Assembly (NCBI GenBank): GCA_003222085.1
Contig: QHUK01000048.1
Location: 1,460 to 65,459, forward strand
Source: Gemmatimonadota bacterium
GTDB lineage: Bacteria > Gemmatimonadota > Gemmatimonadetes > Gemmatimonadales > GWC2-71-9
Reading direction: 5' to 3'
Length of the DNA stretch: 64,000 nucleotides
This document shows, piece by piece, positions 55,883-64,000 of this stretch. The translations under genes and the position numbers were made by a program. The notes under the pieces are model-generated. The model was not told the origin of the DNA. It made no database searches and was given only the letters and a program-made list of their open reading frames with translations. Numbering within the stretch: the first letter of the stretch is position 1; the number at the start of each line of letters is the position of its first letter.

Positions 55883-57432
55883 CGACGCCGACCCGGCAAG
55901 CCGCGGCCCTCGTCGCGCTAGGGACCGTCCTCCTCGCCGCCAGCTACCCCCCGTTCCGCCTTCCCGTGGTGAGCTTCCTCGCCGTCGCGCCGGCCGTCGT
56001 CCTGCTGCGCCGGTTCGAAAGCGAGCGCGACCCGGGGGGCGCGGTGCGTTGGGGGTTCTGGTACGGCTTCGTGACACAGGGCGCCGTGCTGTACTGGCTG
56101 GTGGTCGCGCTGTGGCACTTCACGCCGCTGTCGGCACTCGGCTACCTCGCCACGATCGCGATCTACGGTCTGTGGTACGCCCTGATGTTCCGGTTCGTCG
56201 TCGCGCTGCGGATGCGACTGCCGCGGGTTCCGCTGTGGGTCGTGTTCCCCGTGGCCTGGACCACGGTCGAATGGGTCGTCGGCCACCAGGGGGACATCCG
56301 CTTTCCCTGGCTTGGGCTGGGCACGTCGCTCGCCGACGCGCCCCTGCTGGTGCAGTGGGCCGACCTCGCGGGCGCCCGGGGGGTGACCCTGTGGCTGGCG
56401 TGGTGCAACGTGATGCTCGTCGACGCGCTGCTCGGGAGCAGGGAGCAGGGAGCCGGGAGCGGGGCGCTCCGGTGGCGACCCGCGGCAGCCATGCTCGCGA
56501 GTATCGTCTGCGCCGGGGCGTACGGCGGGTGGCGCGAGCGGACGCTCCCGATTCACGAGCTCGGCACCGTCGGACTCATCCAGCCGAACGAGGGCTTCCG
56601 GGAGAAATGGGATCCCCGCCACGCCGACAGCGTAGTGACGAAGCTCGTGACGATGTCGAGGGCGCTCGAAGCTCGCGGACCCCTCGATCTGCTACTGTGG
56701 CCCGAGGCCGCGATTCCCGGATGGTTGGCGGAGATGCCCGCGTGGGACACGGCCTTCGCCGCGCTGGCCCGTGAGGGCCGCACCCCGATTCTCACGGGCG
56801 GCATTCATGCGGTGCGCTCCGATGTCTATTACAACGCCGCGTTCTTCTACGACTCGACGGGTCAGTGGCGCACGTACCCGGTGTACGGCAAGCATTATCT
56901 GGTGCCCGTCGTCGAGCGCGTCCCGTTCGTTCCCGTTCGGCTGTTCCGGAGCGTGCCCGGACTGCGGCAATGGTCGGGCGGGTTTTCCCCAGGGCCCACG
57001 CTCCCCGTGTACCAGACCAAGATCGGTCGCCTCGGCGTCGTCATCTGCTACGAATCCGCGTTCGAAGAGCTCGCGCGCGCCTACCGCCGGGCGGGCGCCG
57101 CTTTCCTCGTGAATATCACGAACGATGCGTGGTACGGTAGGACCGCCGGCCCATACCAGCACGCAAGCCATCTCGTCCTGAGAGCGATCGAGACCCGCGC
57201 CGGAATCGCACGGGCGGCGAACGACGGTATCTCCGAGTTCGTCGATCCGCTGGGGCGGACCTACGCGGCCACGGGTCTCGAAGTGGAGGCGACCGTCGCG
57301 GACCGGCTGCGCACCAGCGACGTGATTCCGCTGTACGTGCGACTGGGTGATTGGGTGGGGACGCTGTGTGTGCTGGCCACCCTCGGGCTCGCCGGCGCAT
57401 TGGCAGTGCAGCACTGGGGACGGACCGCTTGA
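55879..57432 (+). CDS. lnt: Apolipoprotein N-acyltransferase
   Basis: FPWLGLG, WPE, YYNAA, YGKHYLVP, VICYE, NITNDAWYG, RAIETR, ANDGIS. Confidence 0.93.
   Translation: MTTPTRQAAALVALGTVLLAASYPPFRLPVVSFLAVAPAVVLLRRFESERDPGGAVRWGFWYGFVTQGAVLYWLVVALWHFTPLSALGYLATIAIYGLWYALMFRFVVALRMRLPRVPLWVVFPVAWTTVEWVVGHQGDIRFPWLGLGTSLADAPLLVQWADLAGARGVTLWLAWCNVMLVDALLGSREQGAGSGALRWRPAAAMLASIVCAGAYGGWRERTLPIHELGTVGLIQPNEGFREKWDPRHADSVVTKLVTMSRALEARGPLDLLLWPEAAIPGWLAEMPAWDTAFAALAREGRTPILTGGIHAVRSDVYYNAAFFYDSTGQWRTYPVYGKHYLVPVVERVPFVPVRLFRSVPGLRQWSGGFSPGPTLPVYQTKIGRLGVVICYESAFEELARAYRRAGAAFLVNITNDAWYGRTAGPYQHASHLVLRAIETRAGIARAANDGISEFVDPLGRTYAATGLEVEATVADRLRTSDVIPLYVRLGDWVGTLCVLATLGLAGALAVQHWGRTA
56434..56461 (+). 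repeat. In-frame four-heptamer array (GGGAGCN x4) in lnt
   Basis: GGGAGCA GGGAGCA GGGAGCC GGGAGCG translated as GSREQGAGSG in a loop between TM helices. Confidence 0.75.
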
Positions 57433-57554
57433 GAAACGTGGAACGTGGAACGCGGAACGCGGAACAGAGCGAACCCAGTTCGTTCACCGAACCTCGTGTC
57501 CGTGATCGAACTCCGCCCGATCTGTTCCGCGTTCCGTCTTCCGCGTTCCGCGTT
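57433..57554. repeat. Heptamer tandem-inverted element, GGAACGC type
   Basis: GAAACGT GGAACGT GGAACGC GGAACGC GGAACAG ... CTGTTCC GCGTTCC GTCTTCC GCGTTCC GCGTT; starts immediately after the lnt TGA. Confidence 0.9.
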
Positions 57555-57580
57555 GAAGTGGGGCGGGGGGTGGCGGGCCG

Positions 57581-59554
57581 ATGAGGGTGGGCGTGGATGT
57601 GGGTGGAACCTTCACCGATCTCGTCGCCCTCGCGGAAAACGGGACGATCGAGGTCCGGAAGGTCGTGACCACGCCGGACGATCCCGCGGTCGGGCTGTTT
57701 CGAGCGCTGGACGCCTTGTCTCCGGTCCCGGTCGATGTCCTGATTCACGGAACCACGATCGCTACGAACGCCCTCCTCGAGCGCCGCGGTGCCCGCATCG
57801 CGCTCGTGACGACGAAGGGCTTCGAAGACCTCCTGTGGCTGCGGCGCCAGGACCGGGCGGCGCTCTACGACCTCACCCGCGACCACCCGCCGCCGCTCGT
57901 CGCGCGGTCCGACGTCGTGGCGGTCGCCGAGCGCACCGGCCCCGACGGCGTGCTCGAGCCGCTCGGCGAGGACGAGGTCGTGCGGGTGGTCGCGGCGGTA
58001 CGCGCGCTCGCGCCCGCTCCCGAAGCGCTGGCCGTCGCCTTGCTGTTCGCGTTCCGCCACGCGGAGCACGAGCGCCGCCTCGTCGCGGCGCTACACGAGG
58101 CCCTTCCCGACGTCCCCGTGGTTGCGAGCCACCAGGTGCTTCCCGTGTTCCGGGAGCTCGAGCGGACCAGCACCACGACCGTGGAAGCGTATCTCCGTCC
58201 CAAGGTCTCGGCGTATCTCGGCCGGCTCGAGCGCGAGGTGCGGGCCCGCGGCATCGGACTGCTGCGCGTCATGACCTCGAGCGGCGGGACGCTCCCGCCG
58301 GGGCCGGCGGCCACGCGGGCGGCGTCGCTCGCGCTGTCGGGCCCCGCGGGTGGTGTCGTGGGCGCCCGGCTGGTCGGCACGGCCGTGGGGCTGCGGGAGC
58401 TGTTGACGCTCGACATGGGCGGCACGAGCGCCGACGCGAGCCTCGTCACGGGTGGGACCCCCCTCGGAGACGGCGGCGGGAGTGTCGCGGGGCTCGTCGT
58501 CGCCCTGCCGGCCGTCCTGATCGAGACGGTGAGCGCCGGCGGGGGGAGCATCGCACGGGTTGACGACGGCGGTGCCCTCAAGGTCGGCCCGGAGAGCGCC
58601 GGGGCGGTCCCGGGTCCGGCATGTTACGGTCGGGGCGGCGACCGACCCACCGTCACCGACGCGTGCCTGGCGCTGCGATGGCTCGATGCCCAGCATCGGC
58701 TCGCGGACGCAGTGCGACTCGATCGCGACGCCGGGGAGGTTGCGCTCCGATCTCTCGGGTCGGTGGGGGGGAAGACCGATCCGGCCGCGATCGCGGCGGG
58801 CGTCGTGGCGGTGGCGGCCGCGGTGATGGCGCGGGCGCTCAAGCGCGTCAGCGTGGCGCGCGGGCTCGATCCTCGGCAGATGGCGCTACTCCCGTTCGGC
58901 GGCGCCGGGCCGCTGTTCGGGTGCCAGCTGGCCGAGGCGCTGGGGATGCGCACGATCGTGATCCCACCCCATCCGGGGGCCCTCTCGGCGCTGGGCCTCG
59001 CCTCGGCCGCCGAACGCGTGGATCTGCTCGCGTCGTTTCACCGCTCCCTCGACGGCTTGTCGTCCCGAGACCTCGGGAACGCCTTCGCGCCGCTGCTCGC
59101 GGAAGGGCGGAGCCAGGTGCCCGACGGCACCGTCTGGCCCTACGCGGATTGCCGGTTCGCCGGACAGGGCTACGAAGTGACGGTGCCCATAACGGGCGAC
59201 GATCCCCAACGGATCGGGGACGCATTTCTCGTCGAGCACCGCGCGCGGTTCGGCCATGCGGGGAGCGATCGGAGCGTCGAGATCGTGAACCTGCGCGTGG
59301 TCGCGCTGCGCGAGGGGCCGCTCCCGCGGTTCGCGGACCCGCGGCGCGTCGTCCAGCGGCCCGGCGCCAGTCGCCCGATCACGGTACGAGGGGTTCGGGT
59401 CAGCGCCTCGGTCTGGGCGCTCGACGAGCTCGCCGCGGGCGTCACCATCGCCGGCCCGGCGATCCTGGCGGGGCGAAACGCGACGGCCCTGGTCGAGCCC
59501 GGGTGGCGCGGCACGGTGCATCCATGCGGCGCCGTGCTGGTGGAGCACACATGA
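57581..59554 (+). CDS. Hydantoinase A / 5-oxoprolinase family subunit
   Basis: GVDVGGTFTD, HGTTIATNALLE, SGPAGG, DMGGTSAD, AGGGSI, GPESAGAVPGPACYGRGG, FGGAGP. Confidence 0.92.
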   Translation: MRVGVDVGGTFTDLVALAENGTIEVRKVVTTPDDPAVGLFRALDALSPVPVDVLIHGTTIATNALLERRGARIALVTTKGFEDLLWLRRQDRAALYDLTRDHPPPLVARSDVVAVAERTGPDGVLEPLGEDEVVRVVAAVRALAPAPEALAVALLFAFRHAEHERRLVAALHEALPDVPVVASHQVLPVFRELERTSTTTVEAYLRPKVSAYLGRLEREVRARGIGLLRVMTSSGGTLPPGPAATRAASLALSGPAGGVVGARLVGTAVGLRELLTLDMGGTSADASLVTGGTPLGDGGGSVAGLVVALPAVLIETVSAGGGSIARVDDGGALKVGPESAGAVPGPACYGRGGDRPTVTDACLALRWLDAQHRLADAVRLDRDAGEVALRSLGSVGGKTDPAAIAAGVVAVAAAVMARALKRVSVARGLDPRQMALLPFGGAGPLFGCQLAEALGMRTIVIPPHPGALSALGLASAAERVDLLASFHRSLDGLSSRDLGNAFAPLLAEGRSQVPDGTVWPYADCRFAGQGYEVTVPITGDDPQRIGDAFLVEHRARFGHAGSDRSVEIVNLRVVALREGPLPRFADPRRVVQRPGASRPITVRGVRVSASVWALDELAAGVTIAGPAILAGRNATALVEPGWRGTVHPCGAVLVEHT

Positions 59555-61022
59555 CCCTCGACGCCGTCGGGCTCGAGGTGATGGGACACGCCTTCGCGTC
59601 CATCGCGGAGGAGATGGGCCTCGTCCTGATTCATTCCGCGGTGTCCCCCAACATTCGCGAGCGGCGCGACTGCTCGGCGGCGCTGTTCGACGCCGCCGGT
59701 GAAATGATCGCGCAGGCCGCCCACATCCCGGTGCATCTCGGTGCCATGCACGAGGCGGTGGCGGCCGTGCGCGCGCTCGCCCCGCCCCCCGGCCCGGGCG
59801 ACGTGTTCATCCTCAACGATCCGTATACCGGCGGCTCACACCTCCCCGACATCACACTCATCGGGGCCGTCGAGGTCGATGGCACGGTGGGCGGCTACAG
59901 CGTGGTGCGGGCGCACCACTCGGATGTCGGCGGCGTGCAGGCCGGGAGCATGCCTGCCGGGGCACGCGAAGTCTTTGCCGAAGGCGTGATCGTCCCGCCG
60001 CTTCGCTTGACGGCCGACGTCGAGCGGTTCCTGCTCGCCAACGTGCGGACGGCCGAGACGCGGCGCGCGGATCTGGCGGCGCAGCGAGCGGCGGTGGCGC
60101 GGGGAGGGGAGGGTCTGCGCGCCCTCGCGGCGCGCTACGGATGGGCGGCGGTGCGCGGGGCGGCCACGGACCTCCTGGACTACGCCGAGCGACGCGCGCG
60201 GGACGCCCTCGGGCGGTTGACGGCGACCGCCCTCACCGCGACGGATTGGCTCGAAGGGGACGGCGTGGACGACGCGGACCTGGCGCTCAGCGTGCGGGTC
60301 GACATCACAGAGGGGGTCTTCCACGTCGACTTCACGGGCACCGCTCCCGCGGCGCGCGGCAATGTGAACTGCCCGCTCGCGGTGACGCGCTCGGCGGTGC
60401 TGTTCGTGGTGCGAACGCTCCTGCCCGACGACGTTCCCACGAACGGCGGCGTGCAACGGGCGGTGCGCGTGACGGCGCCCCCCGGGTGCCTCGTCAACGC
60501 CCGCTTCCCGAGCGCCGTGGCGGCCGGTAACGTCGAGACGTCGCAGCGCATCGCGGACACCGTGTTCCTGGCGCTCGCCGCCGGCGGGATCGGGGTACCA
60601 GCGCAGGGGCAGGGCACGATGAATAACGTGACGTTCGGTGGTCAACTTGCAACGGGCAACGTGCAACGGGGTGATGGGGTGGCGGGTGGCTGGACCTATT
60701 ACGAGACGATTGGGGGTGGCCAGGGAGCGAGCCAGGGCGCCCCGGGACCGGCCGGCGTGCACGTCGGCATGTCGAACACGCGGAACAGGAGGCGAGCATT
60801 CTGGCCGAGCGACGGCGCCACGCCCCGCGCGGAGCCGCGGGCGGGCGCGACGGGGCGCGTGGGCGCACGCTCTTGAACGGCGTGCCCCTCGCTCCTAAAG
60901 TGAGCGTGTCGCTCGAGCCCGGCGATGTGTTGCGCGTCGAGACGCCGGGAGGCGGGGGCTGGGGCGGGGGCGGGGGCGGGGGCGGGGGCGGGGACGACTC
61001 CGAACGCGGAGACAAGCAATGA
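59551..61022 (+). pseudogene. Hydantoinase B / oxoprolinase subunit with internal deletion and frameshift near 60787
   Basis: SPNIRERRDCS, HIPVHLG, NDPYTGGSHLPD, AAGNVETSQR, YYETIGGG, MSNTRN, then the frame breaks. The conserved end (SILAERR...LLNG...GDVLRVETPGGGGWG) is in another frame, ending at TGA 61020-61022 which overlaps the next ATG. Confidence 0.8.
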
Positions 61023-61375
61023 CGTGGCTGCTCGTGGTTCTGATCGGCCTGGTGGGGGGGGTGGTGTCGGGATTGTTCGGCGTCGGGGGAGCGATCGTGA
61101 TCGTGCCCGCCCTGGTACTGCTCGGGAAGTTGCCGCCGCACACGGCGAGCGGCACATCGCTGGCGGCGCTGCTGCTGCCGGTCGGCCTGTTGGGGGCGAT
61201 CGAGTACTATCGGCGCGGCCAGGTCAATATCCCGTATGCGATCCTGCTGGCCGCAGGGCTGTTCGTGGGGGCGTTCATCGGAGCACATCTCGCGGGGGGG
61301 GTATCGGATGTGGCCCTGAAGCGGGCGTTCGGCGGGCTCCTGCTGCTCGTCGCCGGCAAGCTGCTGCTCGGCTAA
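61019..61375 (+). CDS. TSUP (TauE/SafE) family half-size transporter
   Basis: GLVGGVVSGLFGVGGAIVIVPAL, ASGTSLAALLLP; 118 aa, 4 TM. Confidence 0.88.
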   Translation: MTWLLVVLIGLVGGVVSGLFGVGGAIVIVPALVLLGKLPPHTASGTSLAALLLPVGLLGAIEYYRRGQVNIPYAILLAAGLFVGAFIGAHLAGGVSDVALKRAFGGLLLLVAGKLLLG

Positions 61376-63306
61376 GCCTTCGCTTCGAACACTTTCCCCT
61401 CGACAAACAGCCGGAACAACTCCTGGTCGAGCTGCCCGGCGCGCACCTCCTCCGCCATGATGTCCAGTGCCCGTGCCGGCGCGACGGCCGCTTTGTAGGG
61501 GCGGTCGGCCGCGCTCAGCGCGTCATAGATGTCGCTGATGGTCATCATGCGCGTCTGAATCGGGATCGCCTCGCCGGTCACCCGTCGTGGGTACCCCTTG
61601 CCGTCGAGCTTCTCGTGATGTCCATAGGCGATCATGGGGATGTGCTGGAGCTCGCGAGTCCAGGGGATTTGCTGCAGGAACCGGTAGGTATGCGTGACGT
61701 GGCTCTCGATCTCGAGGCGCTCGGTCTCGTCGAGTGACCCCTTGGGGATGGTGAGATACCGCATCTCCTCCTCGGTGAGGTAGGGGTGCGGGCGGCCGGT
61801 AGGATCTTCATAGGTGCGGCGCGCCAGGTGGAGCAGCGCTTCGAACCGTCCGGCCGGCAGCACGGTCGGCTCGTTCGCGCTGAGCACCGCGTCGAGGAAG
61901 CCGTCCAGCACCGCGATCTCGCGGGCGTGCTCCGCCTCCAGCGCTCGCAGGAACGGCTCGTAGTCCTTGCGCTCGTGCGTCTCGAGGAACTCGGAACGCT
62001 TCCTCCAGAATTCCCGCTCCGCGGTCCGTCGCACGAAGTGGTGGCGCTGCTTGATGAGCTCGAGCTGCAGGGGATAAAGCTTCTTGGCTTTGACCAGCAC
62101 CTGCTCCCGCACGCCGACCTTGCCGAAATCATGGAGCAGGCCGGCATAGCGGATCTCCTTGATCTGCTGCCGGGTGAACGTCACGCCGCGATAGGCGCCG
62201 TCCTCCGCGCGGTCGACGACGGCGGCGAGTCCCACCGTCATGTTGGCGACCCGTCCCGAGTGGCCGAAGGTGGTCGGGTCCCGCTGCTCGATCGCGTGCA
62301 CCGCGGCCCTTACGAACCCCTCGAACAACCGCTCGATCTCCTCGTACAGCCGGCTGTTTTCGATCGCGACCGCCGCCTGTCCGGCGAGCGCGGTCACGAG
62401 CTCCACGGTGCGCTTCGAGTACGGCACGACCTGCTGCTCCACGTCCGCCGGCGTCGCGAGCACCGCTTCGGGATGGCGCTTGCGGTTGATCAGCTGGAGG
62501 ACGCCGATGATTTCTTCCTTGTGATCCTTCATCGGGATGACGAGCATCGACTTGGTGCGGTAGCCGTAACGCTCGTCGAAGGAGCGGTTGATGCTGTACT
62601 CCACGTCGGGCGGCAGGAAGTACGCGTCGTCCATCACGAGGGGCTCGCCCGTCACCGCCGTATAGCCCGCGAGGCTCGTGCGGTCCACGGGAATGGTGAA
62701 TTCGACGAAGGACGCCTCGGGCTTGGAGAAGGTCTCCGCGTGCTTGAACCGCAGGCGCTTCTGCCCCTCCTCGCCCGTCTCGACGAGGTAGAGGCTGCCC
62801 GCGTCAGAGGTGGTGATACGGCGGGCCTGCTTGAGGATTTGGTCGAGTAGCGCTTTCAGGTCCCGCTCTGTGCCGAGGGCGACGCCGATGCGGGTCAGCT
62901 CGCCGATCTCGCGGCTCCGGCTCGCGGCCTCGGACCGGGCGCGCACCGTCTCGGCGCGGGCGGCGGCTTCGCGATATCCCGCCCGCACCGCGACCAGCAG
63001 CTGGCGCGACCCGACCGGCGGCTTCACGAAGCCCGAGAGCAGCTCGGACGGCATCTCCGCGGGGAGATCGGGCTCGCCATCGCGACCGAGCGCCACGATC
63101 GCGCCCCCCGCATCCACGAATGCCCGCAGCACGTCGACGGTGAAAATCGAGCGACTCTCCGAGTCGAGCACAAAGACCGTGGGGCGCTCGTCCACTACGA
63201 GCTCGCGGGGCACGCGCGCTTCGCGCGCTTCGATCTGGGCGCTCTCGAGCGCCGATCGAACGCCTGCGGGAGTCCAGGCGGGCGTGTGCAGCAGGAGATA
63301 TCTCAC
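61372..63306 (-). CDS. GAF + HD-GYP cyclic-di-nucleotide phosphodiesterase
   Basis: GAF (DAGSLYL...GYRTKSMLVIPM...GVLQLIN), HSGRVA, LLHDFGK, HHEKLDGKGYP, DIYDAL, RPYK. Confidence 0.92.
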   Translation of the reverse strand: MRYLLLHTPAWTPAGVRSALESAQIEAREARVPRELVVDERPTVFVLDSESRSIFTVDVLRAFVDAGGAIVALGRDGEPDLPAEMPSELLSGFVKPPVGSRQLLVAVRAGYREAAARAETVRARSEAASRSREIGELTRIGVALGTERDLKALLDQILKQARRITTSDAGSLYLVETGEEGQKRLRFKHAETFSKPEASFVEFTIPVDRTSLAGYTAVTGEPLVMDDAYFLPPDVEYSINRSFDERYGYRTKSMLVIPMKDHKEEIIGVLQLINRKRHPEAVLATPADVEQQVVPYSKRTVELVTALAGQAAVAIENSRLYEEIERLFEGFVRAAVHAIEQRDPTTFGHSGRVANMTVGLAAVVDRAEDGAYRGVTFTRQQIKEIRYAGLLHDFGKVGVREQVLVKAKKLYPLQLELIKQRHHFVRRTAEREFWRKRSEFLETHERKDYEPFLRALEAEHAREIAVLDGFLDAVLSANEPTVLPAGRFEALLHLARRTYEDPTGRPHPYLTEEEMRYLTIPKGSLDETERLEIESHVTHTYRFLQQIPWTRELQHIPMIAYGHHEKLDGKGYPRRVTGEAIPIQTRMMTISDIYDALSAADRPYKAAVAPARALDIMAEEVRAGQLDQELFRLFVEGKVFEAKA

Positions 63307-63345
63307 GGCGTGGGGCTGGGCACCGCGTCGCCCCGGGACGTCACG

Positions 63346-63999
63346 TCACGAGTTCTTCACGCGCTGGAGGCCCTGCTGCGCCTCGGTATACTCCGGGAAA
63401 ACGGCCAGCGCCCGCTGGTACATCTCCGCAGCCTTCTCCTTCTCGCCGCGATCCTGGTACAAGAGCGCCTTGGAGTAGAACGTCAGCGCCTCCGTCGGGA
63501 CCTGCCGGTGCAACCGCTGATCCGAGGCCTGCCGGGGGAGCGGGGGCAGGTTGGTGTCCTTCATCAGCCGGGCGGCGACGGTGCGGATGATGTCGAACAA
63601 GTGGTCGCGCTGCATGCGGTCCGACTCGACCTTGACGATCTCGCTGGTCTCCACGTTGACGAGCCGCGCGTCGAGCCGGAAGTCACCGTAGAAATCGATG
63701 AATGTGCCGGCGATGACGTAGCGCGCGCCGACGAGCTTCCCGATCTTCGCCGCGGTTTCCGGGGTCGCCTTGCCCGACGCGCCGAGGCTTTGCTCCCCGA
63801 GCAGCTTCTCGATCTCCTCGCGCTCGACCACGCGCGCCGCCGGATTGGCGGCCAGCTCCGAGATCAGCATCCCGGCGATCCCCTTCTGCAGCGCGTCGAA
63901 GTTCTCCTTGTCCTGCCCGTACGAGCCGCCGTTGTCGAGCGGCAGCACAGCGATGCCCGGTCGGGTATCCTGGCCGCGGCCCTGCCCGCCCAGCTCGCG
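63346..63999 (-). CDS. CsgG/FlgO-like domain protein with C-terminal TPR (5'-truncated by the window edge)
   Basis: IAVLPLDN...GIAGMLISEL...VVERE...AAKIGKLVGARYVIAG...DARLVNVETSEI; TPR-like ending; frame open to the edge. Confidence 0.8.
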   Translation of the reverse strand, partial: RELGGQGRGQDTRPGIAVLPLDNGGSYGQDKENFDALQKGIAGMLISELAANPAARVVEREEIEKLLGEQSLGASGKATPETAAKIGKLVGARYVIAGTFIDFYGDFRLDARLVNVETSEIVKVESDRMQRDHLFDIIRTVAARLMKDTNLPPLPRQASDQRLHRQVPTEALTFYSKALLYQDRGEKEKAAEMYQRALAVFPEYTEAQQGLQRVKNS

Positions 64000-64000
64000 T

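Noticed and set aside
60781-60800. Programmed ribosomal frameshift in hydantoinase B
   Set aside because: No slippery heptamer, and a conserved block is missing, so frameshifting would not restore the protein.

Overview
High-GC (roughly 70% by eye) bacterial chromosomal segment. Gene content and style suggest Gemmatimonadota (inference). It is mostly housekeeping, envelope and signalling genes: mnmA, iscS, bshB1, ispG, csaA, comM, speB, mscS, larE, thpR, an NtrY/NtrX-like pair, lepB, a sigma70 factor, yajQ, rimO, hemL, spoIID-like, lnt, hydantoinase A/B and an HD-GYP protein. A small accessory block follows a tRNA 3' fragment at the left edge. I saw no CRISPR, prophage, transposase or recognisable defence system. 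Two things stand out. (1) One TolC, one adaptor and one ATPase are followed by SIX tandem MacB-type permeases in three alternating A/B pairs, punctuated by hairpins. (2) A dispersed class of elements built from about four tandem 7-mers or 8-mers, often as an inverted pair, shares architecture but not sequence. The main intergenic copies start 0-1 nt after stop codons, and others are translated in-frame, one forming a signal peptide. Also seen: widespread leaderless-type promoters, a head-to-head gene overlap, a frameshifted hydantoinase B and small gene remnants. Product calls come from recognising motifs by eye; no database search was run.
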